A stretch of 40,576 nt of DNA from Chiloscyllium plagiosum (lineage: Eukaryota), in contig NC_057754.1 in assembly GCF_004010195.1 (NCBI RefSeq), forward strand, positions 2,841,089 to 2,881,664. Direction: 5' to 3'. A program made the position numbers and the translations under genes. Shown one piece after another: positions 11,050 through 22,904 of the stretch (its first letter is position 1; the number at the start of each line of letters is the position of its first letter). Below the pieces are notes generated by a model. It ran no database searches. It was given only the letters and a program-made list of their open reading frames with translations, and was not told where the DNA came from.

Positions 11050-11440
11050 CTACATACGGGGCCTTGTATGAAATCCTAGTATCTTCTTTAATCACAAGCA
11101 AGGTCCCAGAGGAATGAAGAATAGCCAGTGTTGTTCCTTGGTTTAAGAAGGTCAACAGGGAAATTACAGGTCGGTGAGACTTAAGTCAGTGATAGGAAAA
11201 TAATCAGAGAAGGTCTTTAGGGACAGGATTCATTCACATTTGGAAAAATACAGACTTATTCATGATAGGCAGCATGGTTTTGTGTAAGGGGAGGTTGTGT
11301 CTCACAAACTCGATTGAGTGTTTTGAGAAAGTGACAAAGATGAGGGTAGAGCAGTAGATGTTGTCTAGGTGCATTTTAGCAAGACCTTTCACAAGGTTCC
11401 TCGTGATAGGCTGATAGAGCAAGTGATACGATATATGGAA
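11050..11440 (+). mobile_element. Degenerate CR1 RT fragment
   Basis: cagcatggttttgtg (QHGFV), gcagtagatgttgtc...ttttagcaagacctttcacaaggttcc (DFSKAFDKVP-like). Confidence 0.8.
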
Positions 11441-12060
11441 CAAACCTAGATTGCTGTTAAGTCTTTAATCACATAAAATGGGGTTGCAGGTTTTGATTCA
11501 TTAATATGTAAATCCCAGAACTTCTTTCAAGTCACATGCCCGCGACAACTTAAGGTTTTATAAAAAAAAGGTGACATCTCAGCTCAGACAATGTATTAAA
11601 GGTGTGAGGTTAGAGTCTGTCTACATTCCAAGCTTGAGTCAGACTGGTTCTATTTCCAAAGTAGGAATTTATAAAATGGACTCCCTGCAGGTTGTGTGCT
11701 TTTTGAGCAATATAGAATATATCTGCAAAATATAATTCTGCAAACGTAAATTCACCCCAGAGATTTATATGTGTGTGCATGCATGCGAGGGAGGGGGAGG
11801 GGGAGAGAGAGAGAGACTGAGTGCGTGCTTTGTGTGTGTGCATGTACATGTGTGTGTGTCTCAGTGAAATGTGTACGCATGAGTGTGACAGAGTATAAGG
11901 TGTGTGAGGTGTATATGTGTGTATGTCTGAGAGAGAACATGTGTATGAGAGAGGATCCTGCCCCACTAACTACCTGATGAAGGAGCAGTGCTCTGAAAAC
12001 TGGTGCTTCCAAACTAACCTGTTGGACTATAACCTGGTGTTGTGTGATTTTTAACTTGGT
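11440..12060. mobile_element. Probable Penelope-like element fragment with internal microsatellite and a pLTR with degenerate hammerhead at 11971-12005
   Basis: cctgatgaaggagcagtgctctgaaaactggtg...aacctgttggactataacctggtgttgtgtg matches 19700-19820 and 26795-26880. Assignment of 11440-11960 to the same element is inferred. Confidence 0.6.
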
Positions 12061-12129
12061 CATCGAGGGCAGAGAACAGAAATGGAAGGAGAAAATTACT
12101 GCAGATACTGGAATCTGAAAACTCCACCA

Positions 12130-12412
12130 CATCCAGCTTCCACCACATCCTCTGGCAGCTCATTCCATACATGTACCACCCTCTGTGTGAAGATGTTGCC
12201 CCTTAGATCTCTTTTATATCTTTCCCCTCTCACCCTAAACCTATGCCCTCCAGTTCTGGGCTCCCCGACCCCAGGGAAAAGACTTTGCCTATTTATCCTA
12301 TCCATGCCCCCTCATAATTTTGTAAACCCCTATAAGGTCACCCCTCAGCCTCCGACGCTCCAGGGAAAACAGCCCCATAAATCTTTTCTGAACCCTTTCA
12401 AGTTTCACATCA
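12130..12412 (-). mobile_element. CR1/HER1 ORF2 C-terminal fragment
   Basis: ORF 12096-12305: RTGGHRFRVRGERYKRDLRGNIFTQRVVHVWNELPEDVV. Confidence 0.9.
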
Positions 12413-13202
12413 TCAGCACTGACATGGGTGGGTATATAAATAGGAAGAGTTTAAGAGGGATCAGGGCCTAAATCTGACAAATGGGACTAGGTCAGATTGG
12501 GATGTCTGCTCAGGGGGTAAAATGTGGACCGGAGGATCTGTTTCCATACTGTATGATTCCATGACTATAAACCTGAGGTGAGGCATTTTGCAAGGTTTAA
12601 TGCAGGAGGGGAGTTTACAGTAACTGGCAGACCCTTTAGAAGCATTAACAGACAGAGGAATCTAGGAGTATAAGTCCACAGTTTCATGAGAGTGGCAACA
12701 CAAGTGGATAAGTTTGTCAAGAAGGCATATGGCATACTTGCCTCCATTGGTCGAGACAGACAGTATAAGAATTGGAAATTCATGTTACAGCAGCATAGAA
12801 ACTGAGGAGGGCCACATTTGAAATACTGCACACAGTTCCGATCACCATACTGGCAGGAGGTTGTGGAGGTTTTAGAGATGTACAGAAAAGATTTACCAGG
12901 GTGTTGCCTAGTTTGGAGGGTTAGCTATGAGGAAAGATTGGACGAAGCCAATCTGCTTTCACTTGAACGTCAGAGGCCGAGAGGTGACCTGATAGAGGCT
13001 TGCAAAGTTGTGAGGGGATGCTCAGAGTCTTTTTCCCAGGGTAGAAGTAGGTGGTGTAGTGTAAGGTTAAAAGGAGGAATGCTTAAAAGAGACTAGGATT
13101 TTACACAGTGGGTGGTAAGGGCCTGGTATGCATTGCTAGAGGAAGTGGTAGAAGCAGATACAACAGCAAGATTAAAGGGGCAACTTGACAGATACATGAA
13201 TA

Positions 13203-13640
13203 GAAATTGCTGGAAAAGTTCAGCAGGTCTGGCAGTATCTTTTTTATTTATTTTTGGCAGAATCCCTATAGTGTGGAAACTGGCCCTTCAGCCCAACAAG
13301 ACCACACCGACCCTCCGGGGAGTAACCCACTTCGACCCATTCCCCTACCCTACTATTGAATATTTACCCTTGACTAATGCACCTAACCTACAGGTCCTTG
13401 AACACTATGGGGCAATTTAGCACAGCCAATTCACCCTAACCTGTACACCTTTGGATTGTGGGAGGAAACCCCACACAGACACTGGGAGAATGTGCAAACT
13501 CTACACAGACAGTCGCTCAAGGGTGGAATTGAACCCGGGTCCCTAGCACTGTGAGGTAGCAGTGCTAACCACTGGGCCACCATGCCAGGGAGATGAATTT
13601 AAGTTAACATTTCAGGTCGAGTGACCTTTTCTCAGAATTG
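13203..13640 (-). mobile_element. Penelope-like pLTR fragment split by a HE1 SINE; degenerate hammerhead at 13603-13637
   Basis: gaaattgctggaaaagttcagcaggtctggcagtatct on the left. On the right the minus strand reads ttctgagaaaaggtcactcgacctgaaatgttaac (stem GGTC/GACC, mutated core). Confidence 0.55.
13259..13586 (-). mobile_element. HE1-type tRNA-derived V-SINE
   Basis: A box tggcccagtggttagc, B box ggttcaattcc, V-domain gtgtagagtttgcacattctcc, CR1-like tail gggccagtttccacactat. Confidence 0.9.
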
Positions 13641-13767
13641 GCAGGGAAGAACGGGATATAGATTCATAGAGGCTAAAAGTCTTCAGTTTACAAAGATGTC
13701 ATGTGTTGGCACAGGCTTGTTGGGTCTGTAGTCCTGTGTTGTACTGTTCTTTGTTCTTTGCTGACAT

Positions 13768-13778
13768 TATATATATAT

Positions 13779-13821
<43 letters not shown>

Positions 13822-13830
13822 TAATTATAT
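13768..13830. repeat. (TA)n/(CA)n microsatellite
   Basis: Directly visible. Confidence 0.95.
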
Positions 13831-13898
13831 ATGCAAGGTTTGTAGCTCAGGTTGAAGTTTAGGGTGTTGGTTTGCTCGCTGAGCTGTAGGTTTGATAT

Positions 13899-13938
13899 CC
13901 AGTCGTTTCATTACCTGGCTAGGTAACATCATCAGTGG
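13899..13938 (-). ncRNA. Hammerhead motif with cleavage triplet mutated (GAC)
   Basis: CCA-CUGAUGA-U-GUUACCU(AGCC)AGGUAAU-GAAAC-GAC-UGG. Confidence 0.6.
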
Positions 13939-14097
13939 CGACCTCCAAGTGAAGCGAAGCTGTTGTCTCCTGCTTTCTATTTATATCTTTCTCCTAGATG
14001 GGGTTCCTGGGGTTCACCACAATCCACAGGAACCCCATCCAGGAGAAAGATATAAATAGAAAGCAGGAGACAACAGCTTCGCTTCACTTGGAGGTCG

Positions 14098-14137
14098 CCA
14101 CTGATGATGTTACCTAGCCAGGTAATGAAACGTCTGG
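14098..14137 (+). ncRNA. Minimal hammerhead ribozyme motif, intact
   Basis: CCA-CUGAUGA-U-GUUACCU(AGCC)AGGUAAU-GAAAC-GUC-UGG. Confidence 0.82.
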
Positions 14138-14472
14138 ATATCAAACCTACAGCTCAGCGAGCAAACCTACACCCAAAACCTCAACCTGAGCTACAAACCT
14201 TCACAAACCTTGCATACATCAAATTTGTCACGAATACTTCCTTTCGGACTGACCGCAAACCTATAGCCCCAACCCCTCTAATCTTTCTCCTTCATCCCCG
14301 ACATTGAGAAATCCTCATAATGCCATAAACAAACACATAGATCTAGATGCCATCTGTCAACCCCTCAGAAAACGAATAGGAAATGACATCACCACAAACC
14401 CCAGGAACCCCATCCAGGAGAAAGATATAAATAGAAAGCAGGAGACAACAGCTTCGCTTCACTTGGAGGTCG

Positions 14473-14512
14473 CCACTGATGATGTTACCTAGCCAGGCAA
14501 TGAAACATCTGG
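14473..14512 (+). ncRNA. Hammerhead motif, mutated (AUC, stem II mismatch)
   Basis: CCA-CUGAUGA-U-GUUACCU(AGCC)AGGCAAU-GAAAC-AUC-UGG. Confidence 0.55.
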
Positions 14513-14560
14513 ATATCAAACCTACAGCTCAGCGAGCAAACCTACACCCCATAATTATAT

Positions 14561-15434
14561 GTATCATTGCAATTTTTGGGAAGTTGGACACTAAAATAGA
14601 GGCAGAGGGATTTTGGTTAGTCCCTGTGAAGGTTTTATTTTGAAGGTTAGGAAGGCATTGTAGAACAATGACCTAAATACATAATTACTAAGAAGGCATG
14701 TGACTTCAGCCAACTGCTGAGCAGATCTCTGTGGCATTGATGGACAACATGGTTACATTGTTGGGTTTAGTACAGGCAAGGGTAAACACATGAAAGCAAA
14801 TAATTTAGTTTTGATTTCAGAACGGAAGGTTTGAAGCTAGTTCTTAAGGCCCGAGGGTTTGGAATAGACTGGTTCTCCTCCGAGATGGCAAACAGAGTGC
14901 TGTTCACTCCACACTCACCTTAGCAGAAGCAGTGTGTGCGGAGTTTTCATCCTGGGAGAGTCTTTGCAGGAGCTTTTAAGTCATTAGAGCTGAGAAGGTT
15001 TGAGGCCTCAGAAATGTAAAAGGTTTACATCAGCAGAGTTGGAAGGGAATTGCAAAATTGTCTCCACGGTCAAGGGAAAAGAAACTCACAGGAGTCGGTT
15101 AAGGAGGAACTTAGAGTTCAGAGAGAAGGATAATTTCTCTGGACCTGCATCGCTGAGGTACATAGTATTGAGAAGCAGATGAAAATTTGTTTTGATGTTA
15201 ATATTAAAATCTTTCTAAATTGCCCTCTATATCTGTATTGCTTGTTTGTTTTCCCTTTTGTTTATAAAATAAACTTCTGTTCTGTTGTTTAAGAACAGCG
15301 GAAGCCTCATGTGAAAATGTTTTGGTAACTAGCCAACAAGAAACCAATCTTAGTAATTAAAAATATGATCTATTCAGCCAGGTTTAATTCTGGAATCTGA
15401 TTTGTCTCATGGTGCCATAAACTGCGATTATAAC
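14561..15434 (+). mobile_element. Possible solo LTR (Gypsy-like)
   Basis: Non-coding block with a T-rich stretch, AATAAA at ~15268 and a terminal ...ttataaCA directly abutting a LINE fragment. No clear TSD or 5' TG was found. Confidence 0.3.
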
Positions 15435-15820
15435 AATGCCATCTACAAAATGTACTTCAGTAACACACTAAGACTTGCTTAGACAGTACTTTCTAAACCC
15501 GCGACCTCTACTGATAGATTGACAAGAACAGCAGACACATGGTAACACCAGCACCTGCAAGTCTGCCTCCAAACCAAACGTACCATCCTGATATGAAACT
15601 CTATTGTTTGTTGAATTCCATCCACGTTTTTGTTCCTTCATCACTCTGTCCTCCTCTCCTTCCTGATTCTCTGCTGAATTTGATCAAAATCCTGAAACTC
15701 CCACAAACGATCAGGAAGGCACCTCACAGGCACTGTCCCAAGGGCAAACTGGAGTGGACAACAAATGCCACCCTTGCCAATGATGCCCACTTCCTGACAA
15801 CGAATTTAAAAATTCCCTTT
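15435..15820 (+). mobile_element. Ancient CR1/L2-group LINE 3' UTR fragment
   Basis: ccatctacaaaatgtacttcagtaac...aggaaggcacctcac...acaaatgccacccttgccaatgatgcccac; related to 2400-2690, 18650-18975 and 39580-39720. Confidence 0.6.
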
Positions 15821-16127
15821 TAGGTGACTGATGGACTCCATTGAGCATTGGAAAGGATATGGCGTTCAACTCTAGATTCAATCAATTCCCAGTCGACAAA
15901 TCAACTGTAAGGAATAGGTGTAAATACCCAAATGGTATTGCAATTTAGCTTGACTAATGTTCTCACGTTAACATTTGTGACTTCAGGCACAGTGACATTC
16001 TTTCACTAACTTGTCATAGGAGACCATGGCACTGGATATCACGCAGAGGAATCAGAATCCATATTAACACGACACTGAGTAAAATTTTGATTTCCTGATA
16101 AACAAATTATCCACTCTAGGCCACACT

Positions 16128-16523
16128 TATAGAGTCATAGAGATGTACAGCATGGAAACAGAGGCTGAGGGGTGACCTTATAGAGGTTTACAAAATTATG
16201 AGGGGCATGGATAGGGTAAATGGGCAAAGTCTTTTCCCTGGGGTCGGGGAGTCCAGAACTAAAGGGCATGGGTTTAGGGTGAGAGGGGAAAGATATAAAA
16301 GAGACCTAAGCGGTAACGTTTTCACGTAGAGGGTGGTACGTGTATGGAATGAGCTGCCAGAGGAAGTGGTGGAGGTTGGTAAATTGCCATATTTAAGAGG
16401 CATCTAGATGGGTATATGAATAGAAAGGGTTTGGGCCGGGTGCTGGCAGGTGGGACTAGACTGGGTTGGGATATCTGGTCGGCATGGACAGGTTGGACGG
16501 AATCTGTACATCTCTATGACTAT
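16128..16523. mobile_element. CR1/HER1 3' fragment (plus) with a short inverted second tail at its 5' side
   Basis: atagagtcatagagatgtacagcatggaaacag (minus tail) is joined to aggctgaggggtgacc...ctgtacatctctatgacta (plus). Confidence 0.88.
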
Positions 16524-16926
16524 ACAAAAAGGCTCATCTGTCCCTCGGCTCTGGGACGGGTCCGTACCCAGAACATTAACTAGCCACTCGTATTAAAGCT
16601 GTGCTGCCTTTGAGCAATACGTTCGGTTTCAGTCAGCTCTCTGACTAATTCTCTGTCTGTGAGCTACAACAGGTCACAAAATGGCTGCCACTCCTGCAGC
16701 CATAACGAGCCAAGCTCACTTACATCGGTGGTGGTGGTGGGGGGGGGTGCGTGAAAAGGTCCCCTGTGATTGGGTTTGGCGTGGCAGATTGATAAGAAGC
16801 AGAACAATCGCTATTTGTGTTGCTGAGTTTGCAAAGTCTAAGGAGTAAACAGAACGATCTAAAAGTGGCAAGGCACAAAGACAGTTATCAGTATTTACTG
16901 ATGATTATTAGAGTCAGGCCCGCCTT

Positions 16927-16940
16927 GTAACCATGGAAAC
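16927..16940. promoter_or_regulatory. RFX X-box-like site
   Basis: GTAACCATGGAAAC matches the palindromic RFX consensus GTNRCCATGGNAAC, within a repeat-free island. Confidence 0.35.
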
Positions 16941-17914
16941 ACATCAGGTTTCAAGCACAGACCCCAGTGCTCAACATAGCCTTTCAAATATTAATAACCA
17001 GGGTGGCTGCAGGTTGTTAGGCAAACACTGAACATGAACAACACTTTTGTTCTCTAGTTTTAAGCACATTTCCTGTCAGCGTAAGAGTATCCTCATCTTT
17101 GACTGAGCTTTCAGCTTCCCCTAATATTGCTGTCTGACCAACATCTGTATTCTATCCTTCACTCTACATCTGTGTGGTGTTGTATGAGTGGGAAATGCCA
17201 ACTACCAGCGTGTGTTTGAGTAAATCGCTGCTACTATCTTCTTGTCCTGAACGGGATTTTTCTACAAACCATTGCTTGGTCTAAAGCAATCACTGGAAAT
17301 CAATAATAGACAAACAAGCAAAGACTGTCATCTTAAACAAGACATAGTTTATTGCAAGATACCAACTAGGTACCATAGAGGCATAGAGATGTACAGCATG
17401 GAAACAGACCCTTCAGTCCAACCTGTCCATGCCGACCAGATATCCCAACCCAATGTAGTTCCACCCATGAGTAAGATAAAACTGATTACCATGACTACTT
17501 GGAGACACAGGATAAGAACTCTATCTCCTTTGAGATCCTAAGATATTCCCAACTGACTTCATCAGTTTGGGTACAGCCTTTTACAGTCTCAAGCATTAAC
17601 CCTTAGAGTAATGGAGTTGTGGAGAGGTACAGCACAGAAACGGACCCTTCAGTCCAAATTGTCCATGCTGACCAGATATCCCAACCTAATCTAATCACAT
17701 TTGCCAGAATTTGGCCAATATCCCTCTAAATCCTTCCTATGCATGAACCAGATGCCTTTTAAATGTTGTAATTGTACCGGCCTCCAACACTTCCTATGCG
17801 AGCTCATCCCATACTCACCACACTCTGCGTGAAAAAGTAGGCCTTTAGGTTCCTTTTGAATCTTTCCCCTCTCACCCTAAACCTATGCCCTCTAGCTCTG
17901 GACACCCCCTACTC

Positions 17915-18060
17915 TGGAGAAAGTGAGCACTGCAGGTGCTGGAGAGTCAGAGTCGAAAAGTGTGGTGCTGGGAGAGCACACCAGGTCAGGCAGCATCCGT
18001 GGAGCAGGAGAGTCAATGTTTCAGGCATAAGCCCTTCATCATTCCTGTTGAAGGGTTTGT
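17915..18060 (-). mobile_element. Penelope-like pLTR fragment with collapsed inverted junction
   Basis: caggtcaggcagcatcc...gtttcaggcataagcccttcatca|ttcctgttgaaggg; cccctac(t/c)ctggagaaa occurs at ~17906 and ~18061. Confidence 0.7.
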
Positions 18061-18194
18061 CCCCTACCCTGGAGAAAAAATCCTTGGCTATTTACCCTAT
18101 CCAGGCCCCTCATGATTTTATAAACTTTTATAAGGTCACCCCTCAGCCTCTGACACTTCAGGGAAAACAGCCCCAGCCTATTCAGCCTATCCCA

Positions 18195-18316
18195 ATGAAG
18201 GGCTTTTGCCCGAAACGTCGATTTTCCTGCTCGTCGGATGCTGCCTGACCTGCTGAGCTTTCCCAGCACCGCTCTGATCTAAACTCTGGTTTCCAGCATC
18301 TGCAGCCCTCACTTCT
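18195..18316 (+). mobile_element. Penelope-like pLTR fragment, hammerhead truncated at its 5' end
   Basis: atgaagggcttttgcccgaaacgtcgattttcc...; gcctattcagcct duplicated at ~18176 and ~18317. Confidence 0.78.
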
Positions 18317-18649
18317 GCCTATTCAGCCTCTCTGTATAACCCCAGCAAGATCCTTGTAAACCTTCTTGGGATATTTGTCCAAGTTTAAGGCACTGCGTAA
18401 ACTCATATTGTTGTAAACCGGCAGTCTTCACTTAGCGAAATTGTGCATTTTAAATTGAGGAAAAATGGTTGATTAATTTGGATAGAGACCATTAGTTAGA
18501 AGTTCTTCGAATGTGTTAAGCTTTTTGGAGGCTGTGTATCGAGTTTCACCTTGGTCCCTATTCACTGCTTAGCGGTTCACCATTATAGCTCCAACAGTGT
18601 ACAGAACCATGCAGCTTTCTTGATAGGCACCCCATCTAACACTTGCAAT

Positions 18650-18975
18650 GGTATCAGCAGTGTGTACTGTCTGCAAGGTGCGCTACAGTAACTCAGCAAG
18701 GCTCTTTTGACCTTTCAAACCCATGGCTTCTCCTACTGAGAAGGGCAAGAGCAGTAGATGTATGGGACCACCATCCCCTCTAAGGCTACTCACTTGACTT
18801 GGAACTGTATTGGCTGTTATGTCACTGTCACTGGATCAAATTTCTGGAACTCCCTCCCTGACAGCAGTTGTGAGTGTACCTATACCACACAGACCGCAAG
18901 AAGGCAGCTTAACAACACCTTCTAAAGGGCAATTAGGATTGAGAAATAAACGCTGACTCAGCTAGAGTTGGACAC
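18650..18975 (+). mobile_element. Ancient CR1/L2-group LINE 3' fragment
   Basis: ctggatcaaatttctggaactccctccctgacagc...aagaaggcagcttaacaacaccttctaaagggcaattagg. Confidence 0.6.
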
Positions 18976-19699
18976 ATAGAACACGGAACAGCACAGTACA
19001 GTACAGGCCCTTTGAACCTCAATGCTGTGCCAACCTTTTGTCCTACTCTAAGATCAAACTAACCTACGTAACCTTCATGTTACTGTCATCCATGTGCCTA
19101 TCCAAGAGTCATTTCAATGTCCCTAATGTCTCTGACTCTACTACCACCACTGTCAGTGCATTCCACACACCCACCACTCTCTGTAAAGAACCAACCTCTG
19201 ACATTTCCCCTAAACCTTCCTCCAATCACCTTAAAATTATGCCCCTTTGTGATAACCCTTTCTGCTCTGGGAAAATTTCTCTGACTATTCACTCTATTTA
19301 TGCCTCTCCTCATCTTTTACACCCCTATCAAGTTATCTCTCATTCGTCTCTGTTCCAATAAGAAAGCCCTAGCTCCTTCAACCTCTCTTCATAAGACATG
19401 CCCTCCAGTCCAGGCAGCATCCTGATAAATCTCCCCTGTACCCTCTAATAGCATCTACATCCTTCCTATAATGAGGTGACCAGAACTGAACACAACATTC
19501 CAAGTGTGATATAACCAGGACTCTATAGAACTGCACCACAACCTTGCGGCTCTTAAACCCAACCCCCTGCTAATGAAAGCCAACACACAGTAGGCCTTCT
19601 TAACAACCCTACCAACTTGGGTGGCAACTTTGAGGGATCTGTGGACTTGGACCCCAAGATCCTCTGTTCCTCCACACTGCCAAGACTCCTGCCTTTAAC

Positions 19700-19822
19700 T
19701 TATCTGATGAAGGAGCAGCGCTTTGAAAGCTAGTGCCTCCAAATAAACCTGTTGGACTATAACCTGGTGTTGTGTGAGTTTTAACTTCATCCACCCCAGT
19801 CCAACACCAGCATCTCCAATTT
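19700..19822 (+). mobile_element. Penelope-like pLTR fragment inserted in CR1; TSD TGCCTTTAAC
   Basis: tgcctttaac at ~19690 and ~19824; same family as 11971 and 26795. Confidence 0.8.
19701..19735 (+). ncRNA. Minimal hammerhead motif (GAAAG-CUA variant)
   Basis: UAU-CUGAUGA-A-GGAGC(AGC)GCUUU-GAAAG-CUA-GUG. Confidence 0.65.
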
Positions 19823-22800
19823 GTGCCTTTAACCTTGAATTCTGCATTCAAATTCAACCTTCCAACGTGAATCACTTCACACTTTTCCACGTTGAACTCC
19901 ATCGGTCTCTTTTCAGCCCAGTTCTGCATCTTGTCATTGTCCCGTTGCAACCTACGACAGCCCTCCACACTATCCACAACTCCACCAACCTTCATGTCAT
20001 TGGCAAACTTACTAACCCACTCTTCCACTTCCTCATTCAAGTCATTTATAAAAATCACAAAGAGCAGAGGTCCCAGAACCGATCCCTGGAACACCACTGG
20101 TCACTGAGCTCCAGGCTGACTACTTTCCATCTACTAGCACCTTCTGTCTTCTATCGGCCAGCCAATTCTGAATCCAGACAGGCCAAGTTCTCTCATCCTT
20201 ACTTCCTGAATGAGCTACCATGGGGAACCTTATCAAATGCCTTGCTAAAATCCATGTACAACACATCCACTACTCTACCTTCATCAATATGTTTTGTCAC
20301 ATCCTCAAAGCCCCTCACAAAGCCATGCTGACTATCTCTAATCAAGCTATGATTTTCCAAGTAATCATAAATCCTATCTCTCAGAATCCTCTTCAATAAT
20401 TTGCCCACCGCTGACATAAGACTGATTGGTCTGCAATTCCCAAGATTATCCCTATTCCCTTTCTTGAACAAGGGAATAATATTTGCCACTTTCCAATCAT
20501 CTGGCACTACTCCACTGGACAGTGAGGACACAAAGATCATCATTAAAGGTGCGGCAATCTCTTCCCTCACCTCCTGTAGTGCCTTGGATATATCCCGTCT
20601 GACCCAGGAGACTTATCTATCCATATGTTTTTCAAAAATTTCAGCACATCTCCCTTCCTTACATCAATCTGTTCGAGCATATCAGCCTGTTTCACACTGT
20701 CCTCACAAACGACAAGGTCCATCTGCTCTGAATACTGAAGCAAGATATTCATTAAGGATCTCCCCTACCTCCTCCAACTCTAGGCACAAGTTCCTGATAC
20801 CTACAAGTAGATGTCCTTGATAGGCCCTACCCTCACTCTGGCTATCCTCTTGTTCCTCACATAAGTGTAGAACACCTTATGGTTTTCCTTAATCCTACCT
20901 GCTAAACCTTTTCCATGCCCCCTTCTGGCTCTCCAAATCCATTCTTCAGTTCCATCCTGGCTACCTTGTTACCCTCTAGATCCCTGTCTGATCCTTGCCT
21001 CCTCAACCCTAAGTAAGCTTCCTTCTTCCTCTTGACTAGATGTTTCATATTCCTTGCCACCCAAGGTTCCTTCACCCTACCATCCCTTCCTTGCCTCAGT
21101 GGGACAAACCGATCCAGCACTCGCAGCAAGTGCTCCCTAAACAACCTCCTCATTTCTGTTGTGCATTTTCCTGAGAACATCTGTTTTCAATTTAGGTGCC
21201 CCAATTCCTGCCTAATAACATTGTAAATCCCCCTCCCCCCCCAATTAAATACTTTCCCATACCGTCTGTTCCTATCCTTCTCCATGACTGTAGGGAAGGT
21301 CAGGGAGTTGTGATAACTATCACTGAAATGCTCTCCCACCTGGCCTGGTTCGTATCCAAGTACCAAATCCAATATGGCCTCCCCTCTAGTTGGCCTATCT
21401 ACATATTGTGTCAGGAATCCTTCCTGGAAACACCTGATAAAACACGCCATTCAAATTATTTGAACTAAGGAAGCTCTGGTCAATATTAGGAAAGTTAAAG
21501 TCACTCATAACAACAATCCTGTTACTTATGCACCTTTCCAAAATCCGCCTCCCAATCTGCTCCTCTGTGTGTCTCTGTTGCTAGTGGGGGGGTCTGTAGA
21601 AAACTCCCCAATAAAGTGACTGCTCCTTTCCTGTGTCTGACTCCCACCCACACTGACTCTGCAGACAAACCCTCTGCAATGACCTCTCTTTCTGCAGCTA
21701 TGATACTATTCGTGATTAGCAATGCCACTTCCCCACCTCTTTTACCTCCCCGCCCCATTCCTTTTGAAAAATCTAAACCCTGGAACATCCAACAACAATT
21801 CCTGCCTCTGTGGTATCCAAGTCTAAGTAATGGCCACAACATCATAGTTCCAAGTACTGAATACATCTCATGAATACATTTACAAAAATGGTTCCTAATT
21901 GTAGACATCATTAATACCAGCTACCATGTCCAATTTGTCATCTAGACAAGTGAGAGAACTGAGATATTCAACACCAGCTTTATGTAACCAATATCTAATA
22001 CACAGATGATCTGAATTTGTGCAAGGGCAAAACTCTTTGCTGTAGATTTACTTGAATAATCCCACTCATAGCATACACCAAAGATGTGCACGAGAACCCT
22101 TACAAAACCAAGTGACTGAAAGAGCTGAAATGACATGGCCACTGCAATTAAGCCTCATCTGTTATTATTGTTTGGAAACTTAGTTCCAATTAGGAAGAAA
22201 ATTGGATTTTAGTTTTCAGCTTTGTGAAAGTCTGAATTTTTTTCTTTTAGAAAGTGAGAAGGTCATTTTAAACAGTGAGCTAAATACAGCAAGATATCAT
22301 GTGATTTTAGCTAAAAGACTGGTAACTCCCCCCCACCCCGCGAGATAACTGCATATGCTAGGGTTTTTTTTTTCTGTTTTGATTTTTACAATCCAGACAG
22401 ATCGAAAGAGAGAGGGAGAGTGACAGGCCCAGACAGAGGTTCATTCAGATAGAAAGGTGTGATAACAGCAGAGGTGCAGTCCTGGGTTGCTTCGATCTAA
22501 ACTTCAGAAACAGAAGGCTATGAAGCAGTCACTCTGTCCTTTGCATCCTTGCTAGTTCTTTATTAGAGTTGAGTATTTCTCAGGCTTTACCTTTTGGTTT
22601 CAAATCTGTGTTCAGTTGCCTTTTAAGCAACCATCCAATCTCTGCCTCTGGTAGTGCAACATTCCATTTCTTAATTGTTCTGTGTTAAATCACCTTCTAA
22701 CCTCCACTTCCAGTCCTGGCTCTCAGTCTCTGTTCCTTTGTTACAAACTCACCAACCATTTAAGTAACCTTCTCCGCATGGAGACCGTCAAAATCCTTCA

Positions 22801-22904
22801 TCAAGATACTTATTACATTTTCAATCCTTCCTATTCCAGCCCCAGTTATAACGAACTCCTCATTCCTGAAATTCTTATGAAATCTTTTGTCCATGGTTCC
22901 GTAA

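Larger units (their letters stand above)
12420..13760 (+). mobile_element. CR1 fragments (tail 12420-12570; C-terminal body 12570-13203 resuming ~13640-13760) with nested insertions
   Basis: YCTQFRSPY, LERQRPRGDLIE and VRAWYALLEEVVEA motifs; tail gtgttgtactgttctttgttctttg. Confidence 0.8.
13831..14550. mobile_element. Internally deleted Penelope-like element with one inverted and two direct pseudo-LTRs; 10-bp TSD ATAATTATAT
   Basis: 13831-14010 is an inverted repeat of ~14028-14216, with a third copy at ~14400-14550. NAINKHIDLDAICQPLR at ~14318 matches the GIY-YIG tail at ~6690. TSD at 13821-13830 and 14551-14560. Confidence 0.88.
17375..18365 (-). mobile_element. CR1/HER1 3' fragments (17375-17465; 17605-18365) with two Penelope-like inserts
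   Basis: ORF 18039-18269 contains RLNRLGLFSLKCQRLRGDLIKVYKIMRG; tails gatgtacagcatggaaacagacccttc. Confidence 0.85.
18977..21870 (-). mobile_element. CR1 LINE, most of ORF2 (endonuclease to 3' tail), degenerate
   Basis: ORF pieces FQGSVLGPLLFVIFINDL...KFANDMK, PDDWKVANIIPLFKKG...SQHGFV...MDFSKAFDKVPH and FLTQYVDRPTRGEAILDLVL; tail at ~18977-19030. Confidence 0.93.
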
